From Candidatus Latescibacterota bacterium (lineage in GTDB: Bacteria; Latescibacterota; UBA2968; GCA-2709665), in contig OZ250150.1 of the NCBI GenBank assembly GCA_965237675.1, forward strand, positions 448,001-512,000: a stretch of DNA of 64,000 nt, given 5' to 3'. The position numbers and the translations under genes were made by a program. The notes under the pieces are model-generated. The model saw only the letters and a program-made list of their open reading frames with translations, was not told the origin of the DNA and did not search any database. Positions 1 to 10,114 of this stretch are shown piece by piece; the stretch's first letter is position 1, and each line of letters opens with the position of its first letter.

Positions 1-7
1 GCCGGAC

Positions 8-910
8 ATGAGCGATTCCGTCCGGAGCTTGGCCTGGCACACCTCGGGCGGCAGGGGTCGTTTCAGGACGGATTCCGGCACGATCGCCATCCGTGTGGAG
101 TTGGCGGAAGTCGTCGACATGCCGCACATGCCGCGGTCCGGAAATTCCGGATTCGACATTTATGAGGGAGTCGGAAAAGAGAAGCGGTTTATAAACGCCG
201 CCAGACCACCCATGAATGAGCAGGTATACGAGACGCTCCTGGTCGATGGACCGGGCTGCGGCATGCGGGAGTGGACGCTGAATTTCCCGATTTACAACGG
301 CGTCAACCGGGTTGTTGTCGGACTGGACCCGGGCGCGCAAATCGACCCGCCCTCGCCGTTCACGGTTGAGAAGCCGCTACTGTTCTACGGATCGTCAATC
401 ACGCACGGAGGCTGCGCGTCCCGGCCCGGGAACACGTACCCCCACGTCCTGGCGCGTTGGCTGGATGCGAACCTGGTCAACTTCGGATTCAGTGGAAGCG
501 CCAGGGGTGAACCGGCCATGGCCCGCCTGATCGCGACGGTGGACATGAGTGTCTTTATTATGGATTACGACCACAATGCGCCGACGGCCGAGCATCTGGA
601 GCAGACACACGAGGCGTTCTTCCGAATTGTGAGGGAAGCCCGTCCCGAGCTACCCGTTGTGATCGTTTCGAGTCCCTCAATCAATGCCGATCCGTCACGC
701 TGGGTGGAGAGGAGGGAGATCGTCCGCAGGACGTACGAGAATGCATTGAGACGCGGCGACACCCGGGTCTGGTTTGTGGATGGCGAGACCCTTTTTGGCA
801 TAACCGACAGGGATGGCTGTACCGTCGACGGGGTTCACCCGAACGATCTGGGTTTTATGCGCATGGCCAAAGCGATTCGTCCGTCGGTCGAGGCCGCCTG
901 CCTCGCATAA
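8..910 (+). CDS. SGNH/GDSL hydrolase with N-terminal GxDLY-type domain (may start upstream of the window)
   Basis: GFDIY motif, FYGSSITHG (catalytic Ser block), NFGFSG, DYDHN, DGVHPN (DxxH); frame open to the window edge. Confidence 0.85.
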   Translation: MSDSVRSLAWHTSGGRGRFRTDSGTIAIRVELAEVVDMPHMPRSGNSGFDIYEGVGKEKRFINAARPPMNEQVYETLLVDGPGCGMREWTLNFPIYNGVNRVVVGLDPGAQIDPPSPFTVEKPLLFYGSSITHGGCASRPGNTYPHVLARWLDANLVNFGFSGSARGEPAMARLIATVDMSVFIMDYDHNAPTAEHLEQTHEAFFRIVREARPELPVVIVSSPSINADPSRWVERREIVRRTYENALRRGDTRVWFVDGETLFGITDRDGCTVDGVHPNDLGFMRMAKAIRPSVEAACLA

Positions 911-987
911 CGTACCAGGCGGACCTGATCCGGAATTCGGAGTCGGAAATCAGGAAGAAAAAAGATCCACGGCACAAGGAGGCTTAT

Positions 988-2052
988 ATGGAAACGCGTA
1001 TTTTTCACGGCAGTCCCGCGGAGATCGGAAAGGCCCAGGGCGCGATGGACCCGGAGGCGGCCCAGGACTATCTGAAGTTCTGGCAGGCTCGTCCGCACGA
1101 TTTCGACGCTTCCTACTTTCGAAAGAATATGGCGTTCATGCGGCGGGAATTCCCCAATATGATCGAGCAGATCGAGGCGTTCGGTGAGGCGGCTGGAATG
1201 GCCTCTTTCGAGCACGCGTACTTTGGCCATATACTCTGGACGGGCCCCATCGGGGATGCCTGCTCCACCCTGGGAATCGTGCTGGAAGACGACGGACCCG
1301 CGATGTTGTCCACCAACGATGGAGGGACGGATACGGTGCCGGGGACCGTATCGAGTACCGTTGTTTCCACATTTCCCGACACGAAACCGCACGGGATGAT
1401 GGGGTTGGGCACCGCGCGACAGGTCACCGTCGGGATGGCGGTCAACGATTCCGGTCTGGCCGTGGGCGCCAACTCCGGGCACCGGAAGTTCAATTTCGTC
1501 TCCAATCCAGAACACTTGAACCTTTACTTCGTGGTTCACCTGCTGGCGCAGCACTGCGGAGACTGCGATGACGTCCGCCATTTCGTGGACCAGTACCGCC
1601 TTTCCGGGCAGAAGGGGATGAACCTGGTCACGGTCGACGCCGAGGGGAATATGCTGGGCCTGGAACTGGAGTCGGAAAATGTGGCCATTTCAGAGGCGCA
1701 GGACGGGATGCTCCTGGAGGTCAACCACTGGCGGCATCCGAGGCTCCGGAATCCGTCGCGCGAGGCGGACCCCGATTTCTGGGACGGGCCATACTATTAC
1801 AACTCCCAGGCCCGCGTCATGTATTTCGAGCACTATCGAAACGTGTTCGCGCGGATGAAGACAATGCAGGAACTTGTGGACTTTTCGTTTGATGTCCACG
1901 CGCCGGGACGTATCCTGCAGATGCACGGGCTGAATGTGGGCGATCTGATCTCCTGCCAGGTGATGTTCGCGACCACGAGAGATCGACGCATGCGGCTCTA
2001 CCTCCATCCGATCGAAAAAGACGATTACGAGGAGTTCGAATTTCCGAACTGA
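988..2052 (+). CDS. C45-family Ntn-hydrolase (acyl-CoA:6-APA acyltransferase-like peptidase)
   Basis: GDA-CSTLGI autoprocessing Cys, GMAVNDSGLAVG and EVNHW motifs; AGGAGG RBS. Confidence 0.7.
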   Translation: METRIFHGSPAEIGKAQGAMDPEAAQDYLKFWQARPHDFDASYFRKNMAFMRREFPNMIEQIEAFGEAAGMASFEHAYFGHILWTGPIGDACSTLGIVLEDDGPAMLSTNDGGTDTVPGTVSSTVVSTFPDTKPHGMMGLGTARQVTVGMAVNDSGLAVGANSGHRKFNFVSNPEHLNLYFVVHLLAQHCGDCDDVRHFVDQYRLSGQKGMNLVTVDAEGNMLGLELESENVAISEAQDGMLLEVNHWRHPRLRNPSREADPDFWDGPYYYNSQARVMYFEHYRNVFARMKTMQELVDFSFDVHAPGRILQMHGLNVGDLISCQVMFATTRDRRMRLYLHPIEKDDYEEFEFPN

Positions 2053-2396
2053 CCACGCGGTAGGAACGAAGTCGCGAACAACGGCATCCATGGGCTTCCG
2101 TAGCCTGAGGTGTCGCATTTTGCGACAGAAAATGGCGCGCCGAATGAAGATGTTTATTGCGATTCGGACGCGAATATTGTAGACTTTAGGGTAAACTCGT
2201 CGATTCACCGATGTCAGGCCAATGGCAGGGAATCGCAAGCCACCTTCAGGCGCGGTTTTTCACAAATTCGTCCCCCGGTTTGCCCGACACTGTCCGGCAA
2301 ACCGGGGGACGTATCGAAAAGGAGCATGATTTGAGGCACGCAAAAAAAATCCCGTACACGTACGTGCAGATTGCGAACCTGAAGTTTTTCTCACGA

Positions 2397-3251
2397 ATGG
2401 TCCCCGTTTTCATCGTCGCCCTCGGTATCCTTGCGCCCAGGGCCGCCTTTGCGGGCGCGTGGACGTTGGAAAAGGGCGAGGTGTGGAGTAAGATCACCGG
2501 TCTGTACCAGGCCACCAGCAAACACTACGGCCAGGATGGAGACGCGAGCCAGTTCCCCGCCGATTACAGCGCTCGAGAGGTGTATCTCGACGTGTTTTAC
2601 GGCGTGACGAAACGCTTCGACATCGGCGTGCAGTTCGTCGCCATAAACAGGAAGTTTGAGAATTTCACCGCAGACGTGCACCGATCCGCATTCGGGTATC
2701 GCGCCAAGGAATCAGGTTTGGGCGATATTCGCGCCTTCGCCAAGATCAACCTCGTGCACGAACCTGTAGTGGGCACCCTGAAGCTTGGAATCAAATCCCC
2801 ATCCGGCAAATTCCGCACCGCGCCTGAGGCCATGTCCGCCAGCGATGGGCAATGGGATATCGAAGTTGTCGCGCAAATCGGCAAGTCCTACTGGCCCGTA
2901 CCGGCATACGCCAACGTGGAACTCGGGTATCGTCTCCGGCAGACCAACGAGACCATCCACCACGACCCCGACGACGAGTTGATTTACAACGCCGAGGCCG
3001 GTTACAGTCCCGTCGAAAGGCTTACCCTTGCCCTCAAACTGGAAGGCATCTCCGGCGCCGGCAGACGCATCACCTACCTGATACCCACGGCCTTTGTAAA
3101 CCTTCCTCAGAATCTGAGCGTCGAAGCCGCGGCGCGTGTGACCGTCCTCGGACGCGCCGACCCGTCGGTGGGTCCTCCGCCACATACGTATTTCGCCGGC
3201 TCCACATGGATGCTGGGTATCTCCTATACCGGAAACCTGATGATGCGCTAG
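2397..3251 (+). CDS. Secreted, probable outer-membrane beta-barrel protein (transporter/porin-like)
   Basis: Signal peptide ending AFA-GAWT; amphipathic beta strands (SGLGDIRAFAKINL, YANVELGYRLR, WMLGISYT). Confidence 0.6.
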   Translation: MVPVFIVALGILAPRAAFAGAWTLEKGEVWSKITGLYQATSKHYGQDGDASQFPADYSAREVYLDVFYGVTKRFDIGVQFVAINRKFENFTADVHRSAFGYRAKESGLGDIRAFAKINLVHEPVVGTLKLGIKSPSGKFRTAPEAMSASDGQWDIEVVAQIGKSYWPVPAYANVELGYRLRQTNETIHHDPDDELIYNAEAGYSPVERLTLALKLEGISGAGRRITYLIPTAFVNLPQNLSVEAAARVTVLGRADPSVGPPPHTYFAGSTWMLGISYTGNLMMR

Positions 3252-3310
3252 CCGCTCCATTGGGGGAACCCGCCGTCGTCTATGTAGCGACAAGAAGAAA
3301 ACAAAACAGA

Positions 3311-3343
3311 GGGGAAGGGGCGATTGCCCCTTCCCCTGTTTTT
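3311..3343 (+). terminator. Rho-independent terminator, possibly bidirectional
   Basis: GGGGAAGGGGC-GATT-GCCCCTTCCCC 11-bp stem followed by TGTTTTT, with an A-rich tract before it. Confidence 0.8.
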
Positions 3344-3508
3344 CAACTCTCGAATACAAACCGCAACAATCGAAGCCAGACTGAACGAGAGTCCGAGAAA
3401 TAAAGACATGATTCGTCAAGGACAACGGCCCACCGACTTTCGCGTCTTCACTTCGCCATCACTCCCCTCTACTGGAGTCGCCACCTTCGGGTGGAGACGC
3501 AAGCGGCC

Positions 3509-3662
3509 TTAACAGCCCGTTGAAAAAGTCCATCCGGGCTGCGTCCGGCCCTTGTGGCCGAATTACTGCGTTGCACTCCCTCCCCGAATCCCCCGATTCG
3601 ACGCGGTCGCGCGCCTTGTCTTCGGCCTCGCCTGCAGAGCGACTTTTAAAACGGACTGTTAA
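3509..3662. mobile_element. MITE-like non-autonomous element (154 bp)
   Basis: Terminal inverted repeats TTAACAGCCCGTTGAAAAAGTC / GACTTTTAAAACGGACTGTTAA (19/22 match), TTAA at both ends, no transposase ORF. Confidence 0.65.
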
Positions 3663-3719
3663 CGTCAGTGTTTTCATCTGGTGCATTTGACAAAGCGTCG
3701 CCGTTCCGTCCCCGGGCTT

Positions 3720-4124
3720 TCAGACAAAGGGATCGACGAGTTCTACACCGCGGGCTTCGAAATCGCGACGATTTCGGGTCGCCAGGGGTAATCCGTTAGT
3801 CAGGGCGGTGGCGGCAATGAGGCTGTCTTTGATCGGCATCGGCTTTCCGAGAAAACGGAGACGCGCCAGCAGTTCGGCCCAGCGCAATCCCGTCTCGGCA
3901 TCCCACGGGACACAGTGAATGCGACGGGCGACATCGTCGAACCAACGCTCGAGCGCGCGACGCCGACGCCCCGGTGGCAGCAGAAGGATCCCAAAGCGAA
4001 TTTCTCCCAGGATCACAGGATCGACGGCCAGGTCGCGTTCGGTACGCGCCAACCATTCGATCACCCGCGGATCCGGCCTCGGCTGGGTCGCTTCGCACAG
4101 TACGTTGGCATCGACGAGATACAT
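3720..4124 (-). CDS. vapC: VapC PIN-domain toxin
   Basis: YLVDANVLCE, GEIRFG, DSLIAATA and TRNRRDF PIN motifs; TGATG coupling to the antitoxin. Confidence 0.9.
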   Translation of the reverse strand: MYLVDANVLCEATQPRPDPRVIEWLARTERDLAVDPVILGEIRFGILLLPPGRRRRALERWFDDVARRIHCVPWDAETGLRWAELLARLRFLGKPMPIKDSLIAATALTNGLPLATRNRRDFEARGVELVDPFV

Positions 4125-4366
4125 CACTGCGGCCATCCAAGGGAGTCGGTAGACTCCGATTCGATCGGCACGAACCAGCCTTTTTCAGGACACGCCAGGA
4201 GTGTGTTCAACAGCCCGTGGTTCATTGGGGGGTCGGCAACGACCAGGCGATATTCGCCTTTGTCCACCCGTTCTATTGCAAACGATTGGCCAGGTTCGAG
4301 CTTGTCCTGATGGCGAAACTCGGCCGGAATGACAATCTGACCCTTGGATGAAAGGACTGTCTTCAT
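4124..4366 (-). CDS. vapB: AbrB/MazE/SpoVT-type antitoxin (VapB)
   Basis: LSSKGQIVIPAEFR AbrB signature; directly upstream of the PIN toxin. Confidence 0.88.
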   Translation of the reverse strand: MKTVLSSKGQIVIPAEFRHQDKLEPGQSFAIERVDKGEYRLVVADPPMNHGLLNTLLACPEKGWFVPIESESTDSLGWPQ

Positions 4367-4402
4367 AGGAAGTAAGATAACGTCTTACGTCGGGATTGTC
4401 AA
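4367..4402 (-). promoter_or_regulatory. Sigma70-type promoter with overlapping operator palindrome for vapBC
   Basis: Minus strand TTGACA-17 nt-TATCTT, 7 nt before the ATG; inverted repeat GTAAGA-N5-TCTTAC at 4372-4388. Confidence 0.7.
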
Positions 4403-4706
4403 TACCCGTCTTGCATGGTCTGTCCTGGCAGTCTGATGCGCCATATCGGACAACCGTGGTTCTGATAACCACACGTATGATCGGTGAATCTACGAATAGA
4501 TCTGGCTATCGGGCCCTTTGCTCGACCGGGAAGGTGCTTTATTGAAAATATAGCGCCCCGATCCTCAACCGAATGGCCCGGCAACGGAAGGGTTCGCCCT
4601 TTACATTATCCGGTATCCACGGTATTTTCTCTTCGCGGAAAGTGGATGACAGGGCCGTGCACCGGATAGAGAAAGGTACGGATTGGCTGGAGAAGGCGCA
4701 GGGTTG

Positions 4707-5789
4707 ATGCAGATCCGGCGAGCGATTGGACTTTGCGGGTTTGTTTTTGTGTGCGCGGCGATACAGGCCGAGGCCCAGACCCTGGTTTCGGAGGTGTCGC
4801 CTTTGACGGAAAGACACCGCGGGGTCTGTTTCGTGGCCGGGCCGGGCCGCCCCGCGGACGAGGCTTTCGACCGCCTGGCTGCGCTGAACGTGAACTGGAT
4901 TTCCCAGACGCCGTTCGGATGGCAGCGAAGCATCGACGCCCCGGAGGTGATCCTGGCGACTTCCGGGCGGGTCTGGTGGGGGGAATCGGACGAGGGATTG
5001 GCGGAGACCGCCCGGCGGGCGCGGCAGCGGGGCCTCCGGACGGTGCTGAAGCCTCACGTCTGGATCCGGGACCGCAGCGATGGAAGGTGGCGCGGTAATA
5101 TTGATTTTGCGACCCGGGCCGAATGGGATACGTGGTGGGCGAGCTATCGGAGGTTCATCCTCCATTACGCCCAATTGGCGGAGACATGCGGGATGGAGGC
5201 GCTGTGTGTCGGGACGGAGCTTCGCAGCAGCGTGTTGAAGCGCCCCGACGCATGGCGCAGGCTGATTGTGGACGTAAGGGCGGTGTACGGGGGCGAACTG
5301 ACCTATTCGGCGAACTGGTACCGGGAGTTCGAGGAGGTGCCTTTCTGGGACGCGCTCGACTACATCGGTATACAGGTCTATTTCCCGCTGGCGGACAGCA
5401 CCGGCAGCAGGTTGACGCTCGACGAATTAAAGGCGGCGTGGGCGCCCCACGTCAAGCGGATCGAGGCGCTGCAGCAACGGGTGGGAAAGCCGGTGCTTTT
5501 TACGGAGGTGGGCTACCGGAGCACGGCGGATTCGGCCATGGAGCCGTGGGTCTGGCGGTCGGGGGCGCCGGTGGACCTTGAACTGCAGGCGACCTGTTAC
5601 GAGGCGATGTTCCAGACTTTCTGGCACCGCCCCTGGTTTGCAGGCACACACATCTGGAAGTGGTTCCCCGAGGGAAGCATGCGGTTTGGAGGGCGGCGCG
5701 CAAGTCGCCGGGAACGGGGTTTTACGCCACAGGGAAAGCCGGCGGAAGCCGTGCTTGCCAGGTGGTACAGGGGGGCCGGGATCGAGTGA
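4707..5789 (+). CDS. Secreted glycoside hydrolase, GH113-like (GTA TIM-barrel)
   Basis: Signal peptide; VLKPHVW, CVGTEL (acid/base), TYSANW, LFTEVGY (nucleophile), WKW. Confidence 0.8.
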   Translation: MQIRRAIGLCGFVFVCAAIQAEAQTLVSEVSPLTERHRGVCFVAGPGRPADEAFDRLAALNVNWISQTPFGWQRSIDAPEVILATSGRVWWGESDEGLAETARRARQRGLRTVLKPHVWIRDRSDGRWRGNIDFATRAEWDTWWASYRRFILHYAQLAETCGMEALCVGTELRSSVLKRPDAWRRLIVDVRAVYGGELTYSANWYREFEEVPFWDALDYIGIQVYFPLADSTGSRLTLDELKAAWAPHVKRIEALQQRVGKPVLFTEVGYRSTADSAMEPWVWRSGAPVDLELQATCYEAMFQTFWHRPWFAGTHIWKWFPEGSMRFGGRRASRRERGFTPQGKPAEAVLARWYRGAGIE

Positions 5790-5908
5790 AACTGGTCAGC
5801 AGGCATATCGGCAAATTTGTCGTGAATCGGGAAGTGGAAGCAAAGACAGTCGTTTTGTCTCGGATGATTGATGCGCTCCAGCGATACCTCTAACAAATGG
5901 TTGAAAAG

Positions 5909-5933
5909 GTGGAGCAGACATTCTTGTCTGCTC
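5909..5933 (+). repeat. REP-like palindrome
   Basis: GTGG tetranucleotide followed by hairpin AGCAGACA-TTCT-TGTCTGCT. Confidence 0.6.
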
Positions 5934-5978
5934 ACATACATCAAACCGAAATCACAGAATCCCGTGTCCGGGCAAGCC

Positions 5979-6026
5979 ACGACTCACCGCCGTCTCCCCC
6001 ACTGGCAAAAGGACGGCGCTTGCCAC
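5979..6026 (+). pseudogene. N-terminal relic of a REP-associated tyrosine transposase (RAYT)
   Basis: Translates THRRLPHWQKDGAC, resembling RAYT N-termini (RRxLPHWxxxGA); next to the REP; abuts the hsdM fragment. Confidence 0.45.
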
Positions 6027-7202
6027 CGACGCCTTTCCCGCCAGCGAGTTCGACTTCATGTTGTCCAATCCGCCCTACGGCAAAAGTTGGAAAGGCGACC
6101 TGGAACGCATGGGCGGGAAGTCAGGTATCCGGGATCCCCGTTTTATCGTCGAGCACGAGGGCGACCCGGAACACTCCCTGATTACCCGTTCCAGCGACGG
6201 ACAGATGATGTTCCTGGCCAATATGCTGAGCAAGATGAAGCAGGACAGGACGAGAGCAACATCCGCCGGTGGATCATCGAGAACGACTGGCTGGAGGCCA
6301 TTGTTGCGTTGCCGCTCAACATGTTTTACAACACCGGCATCGCCACGTACATCTGGGTGTTGACGAACCGCAAACCCGCGCATCGCCGTGGCAAAGTGCA
6401 ACTCATCGACGCCACGCAATGGTCCAGACCGCTACGCAAGAATCTCGGCAACAAGAACTGCGAACTGTCGGACGATGACGTGACGCGGATCTGCGATACC
6501 TTTCTCGCCTTTGAGGAGAACGAGCAGTCGAAGATCTTCCCCAACGAGACCTTCGGCTACTGGAAGGTCACGGTCGACCGGCCCTTGCGGCTCAGCGTAG
6601 ACCTGTCGCCGGACCATCGCGAACGCTTTCGAGCCGCCTGTCACGACGCTAGGGAAGAGCCGCTTGCAGACGTCATCGATCGTGTAGCATTGGTCCTAGG
6701 CGCTGGGCCTCACAGTGACTTCAACCAGTTCCTGGACGTCGTTGCAAAGTACGCCCCTGAGTGCGGCGTTAAACTGACAGCCGGACGCACAAAGCTGCTT
6801 CAGTCTGCCCTGGCATCCCGCGAAAACGCCGCCGAGCCCATTGTAAAAAGGTTCCATCGTCCGGGAAACGTCGAACCCGACTCGATACGTGGTCTGGTTG
6901 AAACAACTGTAGACGGCAGGCGACGGGTCGTCGAGTACGAACCCGACACCGAACTGCGCGACACCGAGCAGGTGCCTTTGCTCGAAGAGCGCGGTATCGA
7001 GCGCTTCCTGCGCCGAGAGGTGCTGCCCTATGCTCCTGAAGCCTGGTACGAGCCGAGCAGTGTCAAGGTCGGCTACGAAATCAGCTTCACGCGCTACTTC
7101 TACAAACCGCAGCCGATGCGTACCCTCGAAGAAATACGGGCCGACATTCTGGCGCTGGAGCGGGAAACAGAGGGACTTTTGGAGGAAATTCTCGGCGAGT
7201 AA
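6025..7202 (+). pseudogene. hsdM: Type I R-M methyltransferase HsdM, 5'-truncated with a frameshifting internal deletion
   Basis: DAFPASEFDFMLSNPPYG (NPPY motif) ...MLSKMKQ in one frame; continues in another frame as GQDESNIRRWIIENDWLEAIVALPLNMFYNTGIATYIW...YEPDTELRDTE...GYEISFTRYFY; N-terminal half absent. Confidence 0.85.
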
Positions 7203-7682
7203 ATCCAAACGGCGCCGTAATTTAACGCAGCCCTTTACATGGAAACCATTGTTTCCCATATTAAACGCTGCCTTTAATAAGGCCGCGGTCATGCGCTATA
7301 GTGAACGTAGCCTTCAACGTAAATCATACAGACGCACGAGCCTCTTAACGCACACTAATAGATTTGGAAGAACGGGAGGGGGAAAGCCTCGCGTACCGAA
7401 TCACCCCTACACGTAACGTTCACCGGCCGAATCGAATCCTCGCTTAAATTCATTTAGGCCGAAGTTAAAATGCTGGTACAGGATTCCGAACACTTAATGG
7501 AGGAGAATATCGGAGTCCGTGGCTTATGACCGATTGACAGAAAGGAACGTGCCCGCCGTACTCGGCAGACAATCCCTTCGCCACTGCCGCACAATAGTAA
7601 GTTTGCTCAAAAAGCAAAATTGCAGTTAAATTAGTTGACGCAATTAGCATTCACTTTTTAACGTGTCAGGATTGCCGTTGCG

Positions 7683-7979
7683 ATGATTTTCAATGACCTG
7701 ATCCAGGAATTGAACGAAGACGTGCGAAATGCAATCGATGAACTCTTCAATGCTGCATGGACGAATCAGAGTCATCCACAGGATTTGCTTCTCATTGACC
7801 AACATGGATACTATGACAACGTGTTTGCAGGTGTTCCGGAGAACCCTAATGTGATCGGACCCGGAGAGATAGGCTTCAGCGAAGATACATTCTACGAATT
7901 TATCGACATATTCTCTGTCGATATGCGAACACTATACATCATATGGCTCCGCTCCTCCCCATTCTCGTCCCGTGTTTAG
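7683..7979 (+). pseudogene. Hypothetical protein, probably a truncated N-terminal fragment
   Basis: Protein-like first ~75 aa (to TFYEFID); the tail runs antisense into another relic; low-GC region. Confidence 0.35.
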
Positions 7980-8165
7980 ATCATCACTTCATACAGGGTA
8001 TCCTGTTTTAAATCGACAAAAGCACATTCACGAATGCGAGTTACAAACCCTATCCCCAATTCATAGATCCTTTCTCCCGAATCCGAACCACATACGATTC
8101 TTCCATGGGCTCTACATGACTAACGTCAACTATTTTTTCTGTTCAACGACAATTAGAATTCCCGA

Positions 8166-8930
8166 TCAGTGGTGATGTTTGTGGTGTTTTTGTGCGTGTT
8201 CGAGTCGGTAGCTTTTGAGGTTCATATCGATGATGATGGCGTGATGTACGAGTCGGTCGATCACCGCGGCGGTAGTCATAGGGTCCTTGAAGATGGCCTC
8301 CCATCCGGAGAAGGGCAGGTTTGAAGTGATCATGACGCTTGCTCGCTCGTAGCGATGTGCCAGGAGGGCGAAGAGGACTTCCATCTCTTCGCGGCTGTGC
8401 TGGACGTAGCCGATATCGTCGAGGAGGAGGGCATCGTATTTGGCAAAGCGTTTGAGGAGGCGTGGCAAGCGCAGATCACGTTTGGCCAGAAGGAGTTCCT
8501 GTACCAGCAGGTTGCAGGGCGTGAACAGGATGCGGCGTCCCTGATGGATGAGGGTCTGCGCGATGGCACAAAGCAGATGGGTTTTCCCGCTGCCCGGGGG
8601 CCCGAAGGCGAGCACATTTTCCGTCCGGTCGAGGAAGGCGCCGTCCACAAGGGTTGCGACGAGGGCGTTTTGGGGTGCGGGCAGTCGTGTGCGGTCAAAC
8701 ATCTCCAGGCTTTTCTCCAACGGCAGCTTCGACTCGCGTAGGAAGCGGAGGGTGCGGTTGTGTTGGCGCACCTCGCATTCTTGCTGAAGCAGGTCCAGGA
8801 GATAGTGCTCATAGCTTTGTCCTTCCCGTCTTGCCAGTTCGGCCTGCTGTGCAAAGGCTTGCCGTATGGTGGGCAGGCGCAACGTCTTGAGACAGCCCAC
8901 CAGGTCGGATCGCAAACGATCGGTGCTCAT
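8166..8930 (-). CDS. istB: IS21 helper AAA+ ATPase IstB
   Basis: GPPGSGKTHL Walker A, LLLDDIGY Walker B, ITSNLPFSGW, AVIDRLVHH. Confidence 0.95.
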   Translation of the reverse strand: MSTDRLRSDLVGCLKTLRLPTIRQAFAQQAELARREGQSYEHYLLDLLQQECEVRQHNRTLRFLRESKLPLEKSLEMFDRTRLPAPQNALVATLVDGAFLDRTENVLAFGPPGSGKTHLLCAIAQTLIHQGRRILFTPCNLLVQELLLAKRDLRLPRLLKRFAKYDALLLDDIGYVQHSREEMEVLFALLAHRYERASVMITSNLPFSGWEAIFKDPMTTAAVIDRLVHHAIIIDMNLKSYRLEHAQKHHKHHH

Positions 8931-10114
8931 CGGGCGGCCACCTCCAGTGGGTGCAGGAGCCCATCGTAGGGGTTCAGATCTACCGAAGGGATGGCGACGT
9001 CGGGGATGATGGGCACGTCGGCTTGTTGCTGCCCGATGAGCGTTTCGACGGCTTCGGCGCTTTTGAGGCTATCCTGTCGCAGAAGATGACAAAGGGCCTG
9101 TTCCACCTTGGTTTGGCTCTCCTTGGCGGCAAGGTGGAGGATGCGCAGATATGCACTGTCGGCACGCCGTGGGGTATGATGGGCTCGCAGGCTGTCGTAG
9201 GCCATCCGGAAGCGGCTGGTGGGAAACAGGTCCGCACGGTAGCGATAGTTTTCAAAAGCGCCGGGCTTACGCACCAGCCAGTCGATGATATGCCGGTACT
9301 GGATCAGGTGGCGGCTTTCCCCACGCAGCCGGGGCAGGCGCTCGAGAAAGCGGGCGCCATACCACACCTCGATGTGTTCGGCGTGGACACGCACCTCCAC
9401 CGTCTCCCCGATCAGGCGGCTGTTGACCGAGTAGACGTTGTGGACCACGCGGATGGTGCTGCTTTTCCCGACTTTGACCCGCAGGCGCTTGCAGGTCTCC
9501 AGACGCCTTTGGGGAAGGGGACGCAACAGGGCCAACTCTTCCTGCACGCGATCCTTCCGGCCGGCGTTGAGTTGGGAAAGCAGACGGCGTACAAAGCGCT
9601 CATAGGATCTGCGGGTGTCAAACGCCCGGGAGCCACGCAACATCAGGGCCTGGTCCAGGGCCTGCTTGAAGCGGTAGTGACGCTGCTCCACGTCGCCATT
9701 CTCGTGTGGCTTGGCAGCCTGGGTCGCACGGGCTTCCAAGGCCAAGTGGGACAGCAGCGCCCGATAACGTGCGGTGAAGATCTCCTGGCGCCCCACATCC
9801 TGAACCGCCGCACTGAGCCGGTCCGTCTGGTGGGTACGGGGCACGCCGCCAAGCTCCCAAAGCGCCTGCTGCAGCCCTCCACTGAGGCTCTCAAAGCTCT
9901 CGGAGAAGCAGATGGAGGCCGTCTCCCAGTTGGAATACGTCAGCACGAAGGGGTAGACCAAATGATCGAAAGGCAAGCCACCGAGGGTCACACATAGGTC
10001 GTTGAGACACGTAAAATCCGACTGGCAACGGTCTGAGGGATAGTGCACCTGAGGGAAAAATACCTCCCGAGGAGGACCGGCTGTGGCACGCCACACCTTC
10101 ACGCGGCGCTGTAA
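8927..10114 (-). pseudogene. istA: IS21 transposase IstA lacking its N-terminus, fused in frame to the IS256 transposase C-terminal part
   Basis: LQRRVKVWRA, CQSDFT, HQTDRLSAAV, PHENGDVEQ (DDE), VYSVNSRLIG, LVRKPGAFENY. Confidence 0.85.

Noticed and set aside
5868-7202. 444-aa ORF as a full-length methyltransferase
   Set aside because: Its first ~125 aa are REP, RAYT stub and off-frame hsdM; the NPPY motif is in another frame.
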